A stretch of DNA of 62,645 nucleotides from Carcharhinus longimanus. Taxonomy: Eukaryota. The stretch lies in contig JASCQW010000032.1 in NCBI GenBank assembly GCA_030264375.1, positions 26,311,958 to 26,374,602 on the forward strand, given 5' to 3'. This document shows, in pieces, positions 24,601-38,639 of this stretch. The notes below the pieces were generated by a model. The model was not told the origin of the DNA. It saw nothing but the letters and a program-made list of their open reading frames with translations, and searched no databases. The first letter of the stretch is position 1; each line of letters begins with the position of its first letter. A program made the position numbers and the translations under genes.

Positions 24601-27600
24601 GGCCTGATTTTACTGTCAAGTTGCACCCATTTTCAGGCGCAAAAACTTGATAAAGTCAGGCGTGAGATGAGTAGTGCCATTNNNNNNNNNNNNNNNNNNN
24701 NNNNNNNNNNNNNNNNNNNNNNAAATTGACTTAATGGGCTTTACGCCCAACTTTACCAGCAATTCCACCTTTACCATCGCGTGAACCAATCTGGAATTGG
24801 TGCGAAACTGACATGCTTCATAAAATTACGATTCAGGTACTCCATCAGTGAGGGTTAGTGAGGAGGTAAGTATGTAGCATCCTATGGCTCTCAGCTGCTC
24901 ATAGATATCCTTTCGTTGCGGCCATTTTCTTTCTTGGGTCGGCGGTGGCTTTGCGCGCGTGTGCGTGGGGTGGGGTGTTGTTGCTCAGCAGGGTCTCCAA
25001 TGTCTGACTTGCAGCATGGACCCAGGTCTCAGCACTGACCTCGGGTCTTGTGGTGCTGCTGGGTCCGAGTGCACTCAGAACTCTTCCAGCTGAAGGATGT
25101 GCACAAAGCCCTAGCAAATTGCACTGCTGCAGCCCCTCAACTTTTCAAGGAACTCTGATTCTGGGGAGCATGTGGCTGGGGGAATTGGGGGGGAGGGCTG
25201 TAACTTCAGGGAGCATATGGCTGGGAGAATTGGGGGGGTGTGAACTGTGACTGTTGATGGGCTGGGGCAAGGAGTGTTCGCTAACCTCTACATGTGTCCC
25301 TCTCCATCTCCAAACTCCCCCCACTCCTTCAGAGTGAAGAGGTGACTTTTGCGATACAACCGATCGATCTTGCTGTTCTTCTGGTTGCTGCTAGACCTGA
25401 GGAGGAGGAGCTGAAAAGTGAATTGTAGGCTCTAGCCTTACCGCTTGCAGGAGTCAAGGGAGACGACCACCGGAGGCAGGAGATGGCCGCCATTCACTCT
25501 AGGGAGGGAGGTGGGGCTATGCAGGAGAAGGAGGGAGCACCCACTCTTTGTGTCTGTCAAATTGCTCAGAACTTTTATGCAACTAGCTTCTTCCAAATCC
25601 CTAGCGGAGATGTATGTGGCATTTCCCAATCAAATGTGCACACCAGTGTCAAGCACGTCACGGAAGCCCTGTATGCCTGGACAGGGCAGTACATCAAATA
25701 TAACCTGAACCAGGCCCAGCAGGAAGCCTGGGCTGCAGGATTCACAGCCATTATGGGGATACCTAATGTACAGGGGGCCTTTGACTGTGCCCATGTTGCC
25801 CTCAAGGTCCCCCCACAGAATCCATGAAGATTAATCAACAGAAAGGGGTTCCACTCCCTGAATGTTCAACTAGTGTGTGACCATAATATGAACATTATGC
25901 ATGTTTGCACAAAACACCTAACAGAGTGCATGACAGCTTCATTGCCAGGAGCTCTGACATCTTGGAGGCATTTGAGGAAGACCCCATGCTGCGGGGGTGG
26001 CTCGTGGGTGATGTAGTGGGTTATCCATTTTGGACATGGCTGATGATGCCTGTGTGGAGTTCTGTGACTGAGGTGGATACCTGCTATAATGAGGCCCATG
26101 TAGTCACCTGCGCGATAGTGGAGAGGTGCACTGGGGTCCTCAAAATGCAATTCCAGTGCCTGGAACGCTCCAATACAGCCCTATGATCTCTTCCTGCATT
26201 GTGGCCATGGGCTGTGCCTTGCACAATCTGGCTCTGCAGAAGGGTGATCTATTGAAGGAGGAGGAGGAGGAGGAGGAGGAGGAGGAGGATGTGGAAGCTG
26301 ACCGGCCGGGCGTCGCTGGGGAGGATGACTAGCAGTAGGAGGAGGAGGAAGAAGAGGAGGAGCACACCTTGGAACACCACCCAGACACTGGAGGGCTGGC
26401 AGCTCAAATGAGGCATGTGAGGGTGGCTAGCGAGGCCCTGATCACCAGATGGTTCAGTCCCCCCAACCCCGCAAAAAATTCCTTCTATCTCCTGCAACAT
26501 TGTCACACCAGAGTGGTGGGCCTGGGTATGCTGAGTTTTTTGACAGGCAGGAGGATGATGGCGACTCGCTAAGCACCATTACGATGATGCCCTGGTACAA
26601 GCAAGTCTAACTCCTACCTTTGCATGCGTGCTGGCAGCTGGGCTCACGTTTGTGTGGTGGATAAGTGATCTGAAACCCCCATTTCGCGCCCTGGGACAGA
26701 TGGGGGGAGGGGCGGCTGATGGGAGGGAACCGCTCGTGGGTTCTGGGGAACCAATGGCTTCCTTTCCTCAGTGACTGAGCACTGAGGGGCCTCCCCAGCT
26801 GACATCAACATGAAGCATCCTTCTGGCAATCATCAACCGCTGTGTCTTTGGCTGCAGCCTATGGGAATGTGGCCCAGTCGCATAGGGTCATGGCTGAGGG
26901 GCTGCAGAGCTTGTAGAAATCCCAGCGGGACAGCGCTGACTCACATCAGGCTACAGCAGCAATCCTTGAGACCGTGGCCCAGTCGCAGAGGGCACTTGCT
27001 GCGGCCATTGACATGTGATCCCCGACTCAGATGGCCATCATAGAGAGCTCGACCACCATGGGTAAAACACATGTGATCGTCCAGGACTAGCAGGGCCAGG
27101 AGACACCAGAGCTTCTGGAGCTCACTGCAGAAGCATTGCCGTCCCATGGAGTGACCCAGGGGCCCACAGGAACCCTAAGGGAGGAGGAAGGACTCGAGTC
27201 CATGCTGGGGCCTTCCAGCCAGGAGACTGTGGCTGTGGCTACACCTTCTGATTCCCCTCTTCCTGACAACAGGGCATCTCAGAGGCAGCAGGATGAAGAG
27301 GATGTCATGGAAACATCCCAGACACCTGGAAGCCGGCCAGGGCCCTCAAAAGTCCAGGACGTTCAGGGGATGCACACCACACGCATCACAGGCAACAGGG
27401 CGAGGTAGACAGCTGGCCCCCTCTACCTCCAATGTACATTCTGGGGAGTCACTGAGACAGTGTGGTAGACCACGTAAAGATAGGAAATTAACGTTGCATT
27501 GAGATGGCACGGGTGAAGGGCTGCACTAGTTGGAAAGATTTTTACGCACCTTAATGTTTTCTGTTTTCAAGTATTTATGTTAGAATGTATTATTTAAACA

Positions 27601-29950
27601 CCTTAATTGTAATTATTAAATTTTTTTCACCACCCACCTGTGACAAATTTGCCTCAGATTTGTCTCAAGTAGGAATCCTCTTCCATTGATGATTGCCAGA
27701 AGGATGCTTCATGTTGATGTCAGCTGGGGAGGCCCCTCAGTGCTCAGTCACTGAGAAAAGGAAGCCATNNNNNNNNNNNNNNNNNNNNNNNNNNNNNNNN
27801 NNNNNNNNNNNNNNNNNNNNNNNNNNNNNNNNNNNNNNNNNNNNNNNNNNNNNNNNNNNNNNNNNNNNCCCCATCTGCCCCAGGACACGAAATGGGGGTT
27901 TCAGATCACTTATCCACTACACAAACGTGAGCCCAGGTGCCAGCATGCATGCAGAGCTCAGGTAGGAGTTAGACTTGTTTGTACCAGGGCATCATCATCC
28001 TCCTGCCTGTCAATGCTGTGTCTCAGCATTGTCCTGCTGTGTCTCCTGCAAGCTCTCCAGCCTCAGCCATGGGCCGCAGAATCGTGAGAAGCCTGTTCAA
28101 TCCCTCAGCTTTGATCCGCTGTGACTCAGCTTTGGCTTGCTGTGACTCAGCCACAGCCCTCTGGGACTCTGCTGTGGCCTGCTGTGACTCGGCCTTTGCT
28201 TGGAGCCTGCCACTCATGGTGAGGATCCCCTGCCTAGGTTTTCCACTGCAGACACCACCCTTGCAGTGTTGGCCTGGGAAACATGCAAAACAGGCAATAG
28301 CTGGTCCACCTGAAAGCTTTGGGACTCCTCCCAACAGCCTCGCAATTGGTCGAGTGTAGCCATCAGCCCCTCCTGAATTCCCTGCTGCTGCAGCTCCAGC
28401 AGCTGAGGGAGAAGTGAGCTCAGAGGCCCAGCATGTATCCTGGGGCCAGCTGAGTCCACGCTTCCAGCAGGCCCCCTGGGTGTTCCCTCCTCAGCTCGAT
28501 GTACATTATCAGACATGTCATGCTCACTAGAGTGTGACCCAGAAGGCTCACCACTAACTGGACCCTCATCGACGTGTCAGTATCTGGGATGGTGAGTTAT
28601 GAGGTGGAAGCTGATGCCAAAATGGTGCCACCCTCAGAGGACCCTTCAGCCATATTCTCCGAGGACTCCTCCGAGCTGTCCTGACCAGGATGCACGGGAG
28701 CTGCAGATGGGGCCTGTAGTCCAGAAGGCCCTGAGGTGTCTGGATCTGTCCCTGTAACACAGGACACAATGTTAAGTGCAAGGGAGGAAGAGGAACCCAG
28801 GATGCAAAATACGCAATTCACATTTCTCCACTGAACATAGAACAAAGGGCAAAAAAGATTACATCGCAGGGACAGGCTCTTTGGCCGTCCAAGCTTGTAG
28901 CAACCAGGCTGCTCATCTGACTTGTAACCCCCTCCCCTTCTGTGGACCATGTGCCTCTATTCCCATCCCATTCACATTGCCGTAAAGACGCCCCTTAAAG
29001 GTCACTATTGTATCTGCGTCCGTGACTTCCCCTGGCAGCAAGTTCCAGACACCCACCACCCTCTATGTGCAAATAAACATGCCTTCTTTAAACTTGCCCC
29101 TCGCACCCAAAACTCATGTGCCCGAGAAGTTTCCTCAAAGTGAGTGGAGGAATGACAGGTGCTCAAGTCTTGATGGCAGCCCAACCATGCTGTCGCTGAC
29201 AGCCCGCATCTCCCCTTCCCTTCAGAGCTCCAGTGCCTGCTCCACAAAGGGGGTAAGGATCTGGAGGTCTGGTTCACCACCCCCTGTCTTTGCCCTCTCA
29301 CAGGTGTCATGGTTGGTCTTCTGTTGTGGAGACAGAAGGAGCCATGAAAGAAATGATGGCGTGATTACTGCAGAGTATCAGGTGGTGGCCCTTAGAGGGC
29401 AAGTGCAGTGGCTCTTGGGGAGGGTGGAGGGGGTATAGGGAGGAGGTGCTTGGGGATCAGGAGCTGGAAGTGTGCAGGGTGCTGGGGATGGGAGGACCTG
29501 GAGGAGATTTTGGGGGGGGAAGATGCAAGATGGGGTTCAGCACTCAACCTTCCTGCCCAGATGAGGTCACTGACCTTTTTCCAGCACCGCTTCCCATTTG
29601 AGGGGTCCAGTGCCCTGGAAGTGATCGAGGCAGTGACTGCCTCTCAGGTTGCATTGCCATCAGAGCTCCTAGGTCGGCAACACAGGGGGTGATGGCTGAG
29701 GGGCTGCAGAGCTTGCAGGAGACCCAGCGGGACAGCGCTGAGACACAGCGGGCTACGGCAGCATCCCTTGAGAATGTGGCCCAGTCGCAGAGGGCCATGG
29801 CTGAGGGGTTGCAGAGCATGGCCTAGTCTCAGATGGCAACTGACAGGTGGTCCCGACATTGATCTCCTTGCCTGAATCCTGTCAGACCTTCCAAACCTGC
29901 ACCACACCAATGTGAAATTCTGCCAGTCTGAAACATGCAAAAGGCGACCC
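24601..29950. mobile_element. Rearranged Harbinger element: transposase pseudogene (+, about 25340-26350) and multi-exon Myb/SANT partner (-, about 28020-29660)
   Basis: + NFYATSFFQIPSGDVCGISQS...IPNVQGAFDCAHVAL, NRKGFHSLNVQLVCDH, GWLVGDVVGYPFWTWLMMP..YNEAHVVTCAIVERCTGVLKMQFQCL; - KRCWKKVSDL, ERAKTGGGEPDLQILT. Confidence 0.85.
26256..26289 (+). repeat. (GAG)n microsatellite in the acidic transposase tail
   Basis: aaggaggaggaggag... run. Confidence 0.8.
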
Positions 29951-30305
29951 TCAGTTTATCAGAGACTTTGAAGTGAGTGCATCAAAACTTAATTGCTATA
30001 GTGCTACAGTGCTTCTGATGCATTGTACACCACTGTACTGGAGCAGACTGTTTTCTGGCCTCCATCTCCCTGCCGTGTTTGTCTTCATGGACAGCATCAT
30101 GCTGCTAAACCCAGGGACCCTCGTGTCACCAAATCAGATCTGTANNNNNNNNNNNNNNNNNNNNNNNNNNNNNNNNNNNNNNNNNNNNNNNNNNNNNNNN
30201 NNNNNNNNNNNNNNNNNNNNNNNNNNNNNNNNNNNNNNNNNNNNNNNNNNNNNNNNNNNNNNNNNNNNNNNNNNNNNNNNNNNNNNNNNNNNNNNNNNNN
30301 NNNNN

Positions 30306-30450
30306 GGTTTTAGTCCAACCAATTTATTTGATAGTAAACTCACAAGCTTTCGAGGGGACTCCCTCTTCGTCAGGTGAATGGACTAAAACCTGGTGTTGTC
30401 AGACTTTTTACTGTGTTTACCCCAGTCCAACGCCGGCATATCCACATCAT
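30306..30450. mobile_element. Penelope-like terminal repeat fragment with hammerhead core on minus strand
   Basis: Minus CTGACGA-A-GAGGG agtc CCCTC-GAAA-GCTT at about 30344-30373; inverted ends ggttttagtcca/tggactaaaacc. Confidence 0.7.
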
Positions 30451-30875
30451 GAAATGTAGATAAACAAGCAGATTAAAGGATACCACATATATTACTAGAA
30501 GGGGATGCACACAGACTGCAGGTGATGGGATGAATACCTGTTAGTGTGGCACATTAGGGGTGACTTGCATGAACACTAAACTTTTCACAGTCCTGTTTGG
30601 AATTGGGAACTATGTCAGTGCTCATTTTTAAGTTCAGGGACTGGCAGACAGGAGTCAAAGAGTGCAAACATTCTTGTTGCAAAATGGAAAGGCATCATTT
30701 ATGATAGGCTGTCCAGGGGCTATATGGACCTCACAATCCGAAATTAGAGATACGAGACAGTGCAGAAGAGCAATGGCCATGCAGCAGGGGTAATCATTGG
30801 AAGCATGGTGTACCCCATCTGCAGGAAGATGCAAGGCAAAGAAAAATACACAGTTTGGTGTGAAGAGTTGTCAAT

Positions 30876-31003
30876 GGCCAGAATTTTACAACCACACCCG
30901 CCCTGGAATCGGGGCAGACATGGGCTTGCAGAACGGAATTCTCCGTTGGCGTTGGGTGGGATTTTACGAGCCTCGCCCAAGCAAGGCCGTAAAAATAGCG
31001 GCC
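30876..31003. mobile_element. Harbinger-type MITE (same family as 1404-1528)
   Basis: GGCCAGAATTTTAC ... GTAAAAATAGCGGCC TIRs, similar interior. Confidence 0.6.
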
Positions 31004-32298
31004 AGTGTCTCTGGACGGGGCTGAAGATGGTCACGAGGACATCAGCAGTCTGGAATTAGGGAATACAATATTGTGGGGGGAGGAGTATTCGGTGGTATGT
31101 GAAGTGGTCAGGGGGAAGGGTGTGGAGAAGGGAGCCCCTGTAAGTGATGGTGCACACCGGATCCAGATGAGGTGGGTACACGTGAGTCATGGGTAATTTG
31201 CAGGTGGTGGGTTTGGGGATGTGTGTCAGTGTTCACCATCACAGTGACAGGATCCACTATTACTGGGGAAGGCTGGAGAGTAACCGATGTGCAAGTACAG
31301 ATGCCAATGTGAGGTTCCAGATAAATAGAGGCACACGGACAGTGACGGAGTGAGCGTCAAAATCTATCCTGTAATACAGGTGCAGTACTACCATCTCAAC
31401 ACTTTGGTAAATTGGCATCTTCCAAATTTATAAGTAAGATAGGTTCTGTGTGGGATGAGTATGATGAGTGTTGTGTGGCACTGCCACTGTGTTAAATGAA
31501 ATAGACTTTGAGCAGATCTAGCAGCTGAAGACAGGGTATCCATGAGGCGATGAGGGCCATCAGCAGCAGCAGAATTATACTCAATTGCAATTTATAACCC
31601 CATGGCTCACCATATGCCCCACTCTGCCATTATCCCCAGGAAGAGAAAACTGAGTCCAAAATGAATATTTTTATGAGGCATGAAAGCAGAGCTTTCTAAA
31701 GTCATTTGCAAATGTGGGTCTGGGATAATGACAAAAAGATTAATATAGGATTAATAATAGTTAATTCAGAGAGTGTTGATCCTACACACAGTGAAACTGG
31801 GAATTAATAATGGAAAATAAGGAAATGGTAGATGAATTGAATAGATATTTTGCATTGTTCTTCACTTTGGAGGATACAGGTAACATCCTGGAAATCGTTG
31901 TAGATCAAAAACTGGAAGGGAGGGAGGAGCTTAGGAAAATTATGGTCATCAGGGACAGAAGTGCTACTTAGCAAATCATTGAAGCCGTGGGCTAACAAAT
32001 CCCCAGAAATTAATGGCACTATGCAGCCAGGTGCTCCCAGCTAGAGAGAAAATAAATCTGTATCTTCTGTCAACTTATTAACAATACTTTTTTTTATTAA
32101 TAATAGTATTACTCTCACAATATTTTTATGTGGTCTGTGACTTTTATGTTACAAAATTGTGTATGTTGCAGAAAAGTTTAAGTTACAGAAGTGTACAAAA
32201 ACACAAATGTTACTTTTGAAAATAGCTAAATTGGAATTATTACTATTTCCATATACATGTATTTGTGAATTGTGATATACATATTTTTTTTTGAATAA

Positions 32299-32616
<318 letters not shown>

Positions 32617-32680
32617 TAAATTAATTTGAATGAATGTAGTATTGATGAATTTTTAATTGCAAACCTGATTCTGATTTCAG

Positions 32681-32783
32681 GGATTGCTTTCCTGTGGCGC
32701 TTGGGCATGCTTTGATGAATTCAACAGAATCGATCTGGAAGTACTTTCTGTTGTTGCACAGCAAATTCTAACTATTCAAAGAG
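32681..32783 (+). CDS. DNAH7: DNAH7 exon 8 in window (AAA1 Walker B)
   Basis: [34 protein letters not shown]; AG/GT bounded, 103 nt. Confidence 0.96.
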
Positions 32784-34066
32784 GTTTGGGAATTTGGGAA
32801 TTTTAATCCATATATTTTCATTGAATTTAGTTCATTCCCTATTTTTAAGTAGTAAAAATGATGGGATATAAATTAAGCCATTGTAGTTCTTTCAATGAAC
32901 AGTTGTCTTGTCATTTAGTATTTTAAACAATATTTTGTTGCATCCAATCCAACTTTGTATTAAATAGGATCATGACCTATACACTTCTGATCTTCTATTT
33001 GCATGTATGTTTTACAATAATTTTCCAGTTACCAAAATAGAAATGTAAACTGATTCTGTTACAGTAAGTTGTATTCTCAAATTGAATGGCCGAGCAATGC
33101 ATCTCAGACAGCAAACTTTAGCTTTCCCTAGTTAACCATTTATCTAGCCTCACCTGAAGCTGTTATGACATTTGCATGTAAATAACAGCAAATGCTATAG
33201 CCTCACCATTNNNNNNNNNNTTAATAGTAATATTGTACATGCATACGTACATACATACATAACAAACAAATTAGGAGCAGGACAAGTCCATTTGGCTCCT
33301 TGAGAGCCAGCTCCACCATTTGATAAGATCACAGCTGATATGAATATGGTCTCAACTCCACTTTTCTGTCTGTCCCCCATAACACCTAATACTCCTCAAT
33401 CTAGAATCTATGTAACTCAGCCTTGAATATATTCAATGACAGAGCTGCCTCCAGTGCTGTCTGCGAAGGAAGATTAAGGTTAATGAGCGTCTGAGAAAAA
33501 GATTTCTCTTTATCTCCCTCCTATTTTTAAACTGTGTCACCTAGTTCTATTCCCACCAATAAATTCAAACATCCTCTCAGTCGATTCGACATCTTACTCT
33601 TTTTAACTTAAGTACATCTCTCACCACTGCAGTAATGTCAACCTCAATTAGCAAAGCTATCCCACAATCTTTTACTGGCTTCCTGTCCTTCCGAAATGCC
33701 AGATATCCTTGAATATCAAGTCACAGCCTTGGTCACCTTGCAACTCTGTCTTCGTAATGACATATTTATTTTTATTTGTGCTAACAATCATCCATTTTGT
33801 TATGAATGCTGCATTCATTCAGTTACAATGCTTTTAATGCAGTCTTTTTACCACTTTTCATACTCAGGCCACATTTGTTGGTGCATTCTTAAGTTTGAGC
33901 ACTTCCTGCCACACTGTGGTTATCATATTTGTTACTTGTGCAATAATTTACCGCGAGTTGATTTTTATGGTAAAGCTTATTTCTGCAGCCTCAAACGTTA
34001 CCAGTGATGTTATCTTTATATATTTAGCTATATATTGACATTTTCTATTGTCTTTCTATGTTGCAG

Positions 34067-34194
34067 GTATTGCAGCTGGATCAGCTACATTACTGTTTGA
34101 AGGAACTGAACTGAAACTTAACCCAACCTGTGCTGTTTTCATTACTATGAATCCAGGTTATGCTGGCCGTTCAGAGTTACCAGATAACCTTAAG
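34067..34194 (+). CDS. DNAH7: DNAH7 exon 9 in window (AAA1 sensor I)
   Basis: [42 protein letters not shown]; 128 nt, phase compatible. Confidence 0.96.
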
Positions 34195-34341
34195 GTACTT
34201 CTGCATATTCCTTGTAATGGTTTGCATTAACTAGCAATAAGTTGAATCTTCTTGTTCATTATATGATCATTAGTCAACCCTTCCACGGTCATCCATAATG
34301 CTTAAAAATAATGTAGATATAAATTTGATGTAGAAGTGTTA

Positions 34342-34930
34342 AGGGCAGTGCAGTGGTTAACACTGCTGCCTCACAGCGCCAGGGACCCGGGTTCAACTCT
34401 AGCCTTGGATGACTGTGTGGAGTTTGCAAGTTCTCCCTATGTCTGTGTGGCTTTCCTCTAGTTTCCTCCCACAATCCAAAGATGTGCAGATTCAGTAGAT
34501 TGGCCACTCTATATTGTCCCTTTGTGGCCCAAGATAATAAGAACATAAGAAATAGGAGCAGGAGTAGGCCATCTGGCCCTTCGAGCCTGCCCCGCCATTC
34601 AATAAGATNNNNNNNNNNNNNNNNNNNNNNNNNNNNNNNNNNNNNNNNNNNNNNNNNNNNNNNNNNNNNNNNNNNNNNNNNNNNNNNNNNNNNNNNNNNN
34701 NNNNNNNNATTCCATAGATTCACCACCCTTTGAGTGAAGAAGTTCCTCCTCAACTCCGTTCTAAACCGCCCCCCCTTTATCTTGATGTGTAAGTTAGGGG
34801 GATGAGTGGGGTAAATGTAAATGTTAAGGAAATGAGGCAGGGTCCTGGGTAAGATACTCTGCCAGTGAATCAGTAGAGACTCGATTCGCCAAATGGTCTC
34901 CTTCTGCACTGTAGGGATTCTATGACTGTA
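34342..34930 (+). mobile_element. HE1-type SINE split by a minus-strand CR1 3' fragment (about 34538-34785)
   Basis: tRNA head and V-domain 34342-34530, tail 34790-34930; insert encodes GGRFRTELRRNFFTQRVVNLWN on minus. Confidence 0.8.
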
Positions 34931-35700
34931 TGTATACAGCTACCAGAAAATCTCCAATCATTTGATAATGCTCCTTAACTGCATTTGAATTTTGATCTTT
35001 GGAAAGGTTGACAAATTTTGACAAAATTTGTTTGACAAATTTTAAGCAGGAATTGTTTTACTCTATGGACTCAATTTTTACTCCATGTCCTGCTGAATTT
35101 ACCTTGTGGCTTACCCCATGATGTTGCTATCTTCAAATGTATCTTGCTGTTCTGCATATGTGACAAATACTGTCACTTCAAGACAGTGGGCTCCTGATTT
35201 AAAAATACATCTGATGATGAGAACAAATGAGCAATTTTAGCTTTAGTTTGTGCTTTTTCCTTCCAGATAAAATTAATTGAGAAGAGGTATTGCTGTTTTT
35301 TTTTAAGCTTTCCTTTGTGGCAGGACAAGTATGTTCCCTAGGCCTCACAGGGAAAATTCAGGCTCCTCATCTCAGACCTCTTACTCCATCCAACTTTCCA
35401 CTGTACAATACTCCCCACAGTGCTTCAGCTTCCACACATGAGTGTATTTCTGCTCACTTTTTCACCTGCACTGTGTGAACAGTTGGGTGGTTGCACATGA
35501 ATGTTCAAGTTGCCGTAGCCTCATTTTACCAGGGAGAGCTGGGAATCTAACCAAAATCTCAGGTTTCCCTGTGGAAGCATTTCTGGCTGTTAAAATTCCT
35601 CTTATACCTTTGTAAATTTGAAATAGATGTGCACATTCTAGCTTGATTTTTGGCAGGAATGTAATAACATGTCAATTATTTTATCATTTCTATATTGTAG

Positions 35701-35928
<228 letters not shown>

Positions 35929-36025
35929 TAGTTATTCTAATGCAGCAGATTTTGTGAAAAAACTTATTTTGACACATATTGTAATAAATAAACTAAACAT
36001 TCAGTTCTGTGTTTTTTGCATTTAG

Positions 36026-36124
36026 CTGAAATACCCAACGGAAAATGAAGAGGTTTTACTGCTAAGATCGATTATTGATGTTAATCTACCTAAATTCTTG
36101 TCTCATGATTTGCCACTTTTTGAG
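36026..36124 (+). CDS. DNAH7: DNAH7 exon 11 in window
   Basis: [33 protein letters not shown]; 99 nt, AG/GT. Confidence 0.95.
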
Positions 36125-36929
36125 GTAAGATCAGTTTTCATTTCATTTACGGTCTTGACTTGGTTTTCCATTATTAATGGTTTTAAAACTGTATAACAGC
36201 TTAATTGCAATATTAATAATGCAACAAAATGTGATTAGTCAATTTATTAAAAATGCTAAATAATGCAATACAAACAATTGGATGACTTTGTATTAAATGT
36301 TTTATATTTTAAGAGGAAAATTTATATGTGTAATACACACTGCCCACAATAAGTTGTTCAAGAGGATCAATGTCCACACAAGAAGTGGTTCCATGTGAAC
36401 AAGTTTTTCCCTAGTAGAACCAGATCATTTTAGTGCTTTCAATATACAATAGTAGTAAAAAAAGATGATGGACTGTATCAGCAATAGGATAAAACGTAAG
36501 TTCTGGGCTAATACTGGGTTTTTGCATACTGGTTTGTCTGAAGCCAAAGAACTATGTGCAATTTTGGTCACTCCGCAAATGTCTTTGATACTAATCTCAG
36601 TGTCAGAGACATAGGTTTGATACTTGAAACTTACACAGAAAATTACTTGTTAATACTCCCAATGTTATTCACAAGCATTAGACTTGGGTTGGCAGTGCTT
36701 GTCAGCAGCAGCTGTGTGGCAAAGCTCTAAAAATGCATTTAGAACTAAACCTGAACAAGTAACAACTCTCCCAACCCTACTCCACCTCCAGGAACAATTT
36801 CTCAATGCTTTCCTCACCAGCCACTCCATGTCCATCCTTACCAACTTTGGATGATCCACAAATCTTGTGTCCTGAATCTTCTGCTCTCAGCCTCACACAC
36901 CCATTAATCACTCTTACAAAGTTACACAG

Positions 36930-37138
36930 GATGTGGAAATGCCGACATTGGATTGGGGTGGACACAGTAAGAAACTTCACAACACCAGATTAAAGTCCAA
37001 CAGGTCTATTTGCTATCACGAGCTTTCGGAGCGCTGCTCCTTCATCAGGTAGTGCCTGATGGAGGAACAGCGCACTGAAAGCTTGTGATACCAAATAAAC
37101 CTGTTCGACTTTATCCAGGTATTGTGAGACTTCTCACT
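36930..37138. mobile_element. Palindromic Penelope-type repeat with inverted hammerhead ribozyme motifs
   Basis: About 84-bp inverted arms 36966-37049 / 37055-37138; minus CTGATGA-A-GGAGC agc GCTCC-GAAA-GCT. Confidence 0.75.
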
Positions 37139-37164
37139 AAAGTACACAGATTCTATTGAATTTT

Positions 37165-38085
37165 ATTTCAATGGTGGTTGCGGTATAATTTGAATAAACG
37201 TGAGGTTATCCAATATAGAAGCAAAAACGGGAAGGTAGATTACTACCTGAATGGCCATAAATTGGGGAATGAGCAATGAAATTTGAGTATCCTTGTACAC
37301 TAATCGCTGAAGGTAAACATACAGATGCAGCAGGCAGTAAAAAGGGAAAATGGTATGTTGGATTTCATAGCGAGAGTATTTGAATGCAGGAGCAGGAATG
37401 TCTTGCTGCAATTATGCAGGGTCTTGGTGAGGCCACACTTGGAATATTGTGTGCTCTTTGGTCTCCTTATCTGAGGAAGGATGTTCCTGCTTTCGAGGGA
37501 GTGCAGAGAAGGTTTACTGGACTGATGTACGAGGCGAGATTGAGTTGGTTAAGATTGTATTTGCTGGAGTTCAGAAGAATGAGGAGGATCTCATAGAAAC
37601 CTATAAAATTCTAAGAGGACTATACAGAGCAGATGCAAGAAAGATGTTCTTGATGGTAGGTGTGTCCAAAACCAGGGGTCACCACCTGAGAATACAAGGT
37701 AGACTGCTTAGGACACAGATGAGGAGAAATGTCTTCACCTGGAGAGGAATCATGTATGGAATTCATGTCTACAATAAGTAGCTGAGGCCAAAACATTGTT
37801 GCCAAAATTCTATCAGTCAGCCTGCCACGGAATTGGAGCAGGCAAGGGGTCAATGATGGAAATGTCTGTTGACCTCGGGTAGGACTTTCCAGTCTTGCTT
37901 GAGCAAGGTCTTATAATCCCGCTCTGTGTGTTTTAACAGAACAGTTAGATATAGCACTTGAGGTGGTGGGGATAAAAGGGGGGATTAGCCTATTGAGTTT
38001 GATGATCAGCCATGATTATAATGAATGGCAGAGCAGGCTCGAAGGGCCTGGTATACTGCTGCTCCTATTTTCTATGTTTCTATGA
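37165..38085 (+). mobile_element. CR1 LINE 3' part containing a MITE (37800-37924)
   Basis: WSPYLRKDV..EGVQRRFT, DLIETYKILRG, CR1 tail; MITE flanked by TGT on both sides. Confidence 0.8.
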
Positions 38086-38390
38086 CAATTTACATCATTG
38101 CATAATAATCTCCTGCAGGTATTATTAAAGTCAACTATTTGGACTAAATCACTGGCCATTAATTTATTAAGTTAAAAATTCAATTTAAATTATCTTTGAA
38201 TCTGTAGAGATAAATTAACTGCCTCACAAAGCACAGTCATTCTGAAAGACTCTCACTATAACACATACTTGGATGCTTTGCTGGTTCCTTGCGCTCGAAA
38301 ACATCATAGATCTGTTGAGAGGCCTATAATAAGGCAGCAGGCAGCAATTTAACACCCATAATACTGTATAATTTTTTTTAATGTTGCTAG

Positions 38391-38639
38391 GGAATCACAT
38401 CAGATTTGTTTCCTGGCATAAAACTACCAAAACCTGACTACCGTGTTTTGTTGGAAGCAATCAGAGAGAATTGTGAACACATGAATTTGCAAATGACTGA
38501 CTTCTTCTCACAGAAGATCTTACAAATCTATGAAATGATGATTGTGCGTCATGGTTTTATGATTGTTGGAGAACCATTTGGTGGAAAAACATCAGCTTAT
38601 CGAGTTCTGGCTGGTGCTTTACATGATATCTGTGAAAAG
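38391..38639 (+). CDS. DNAH7: DNAH7 exon 12 in window (AAA2 Walker A)
   Basis: [83 protein letters not shown]; 249 nt. Confidence 0.96.
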
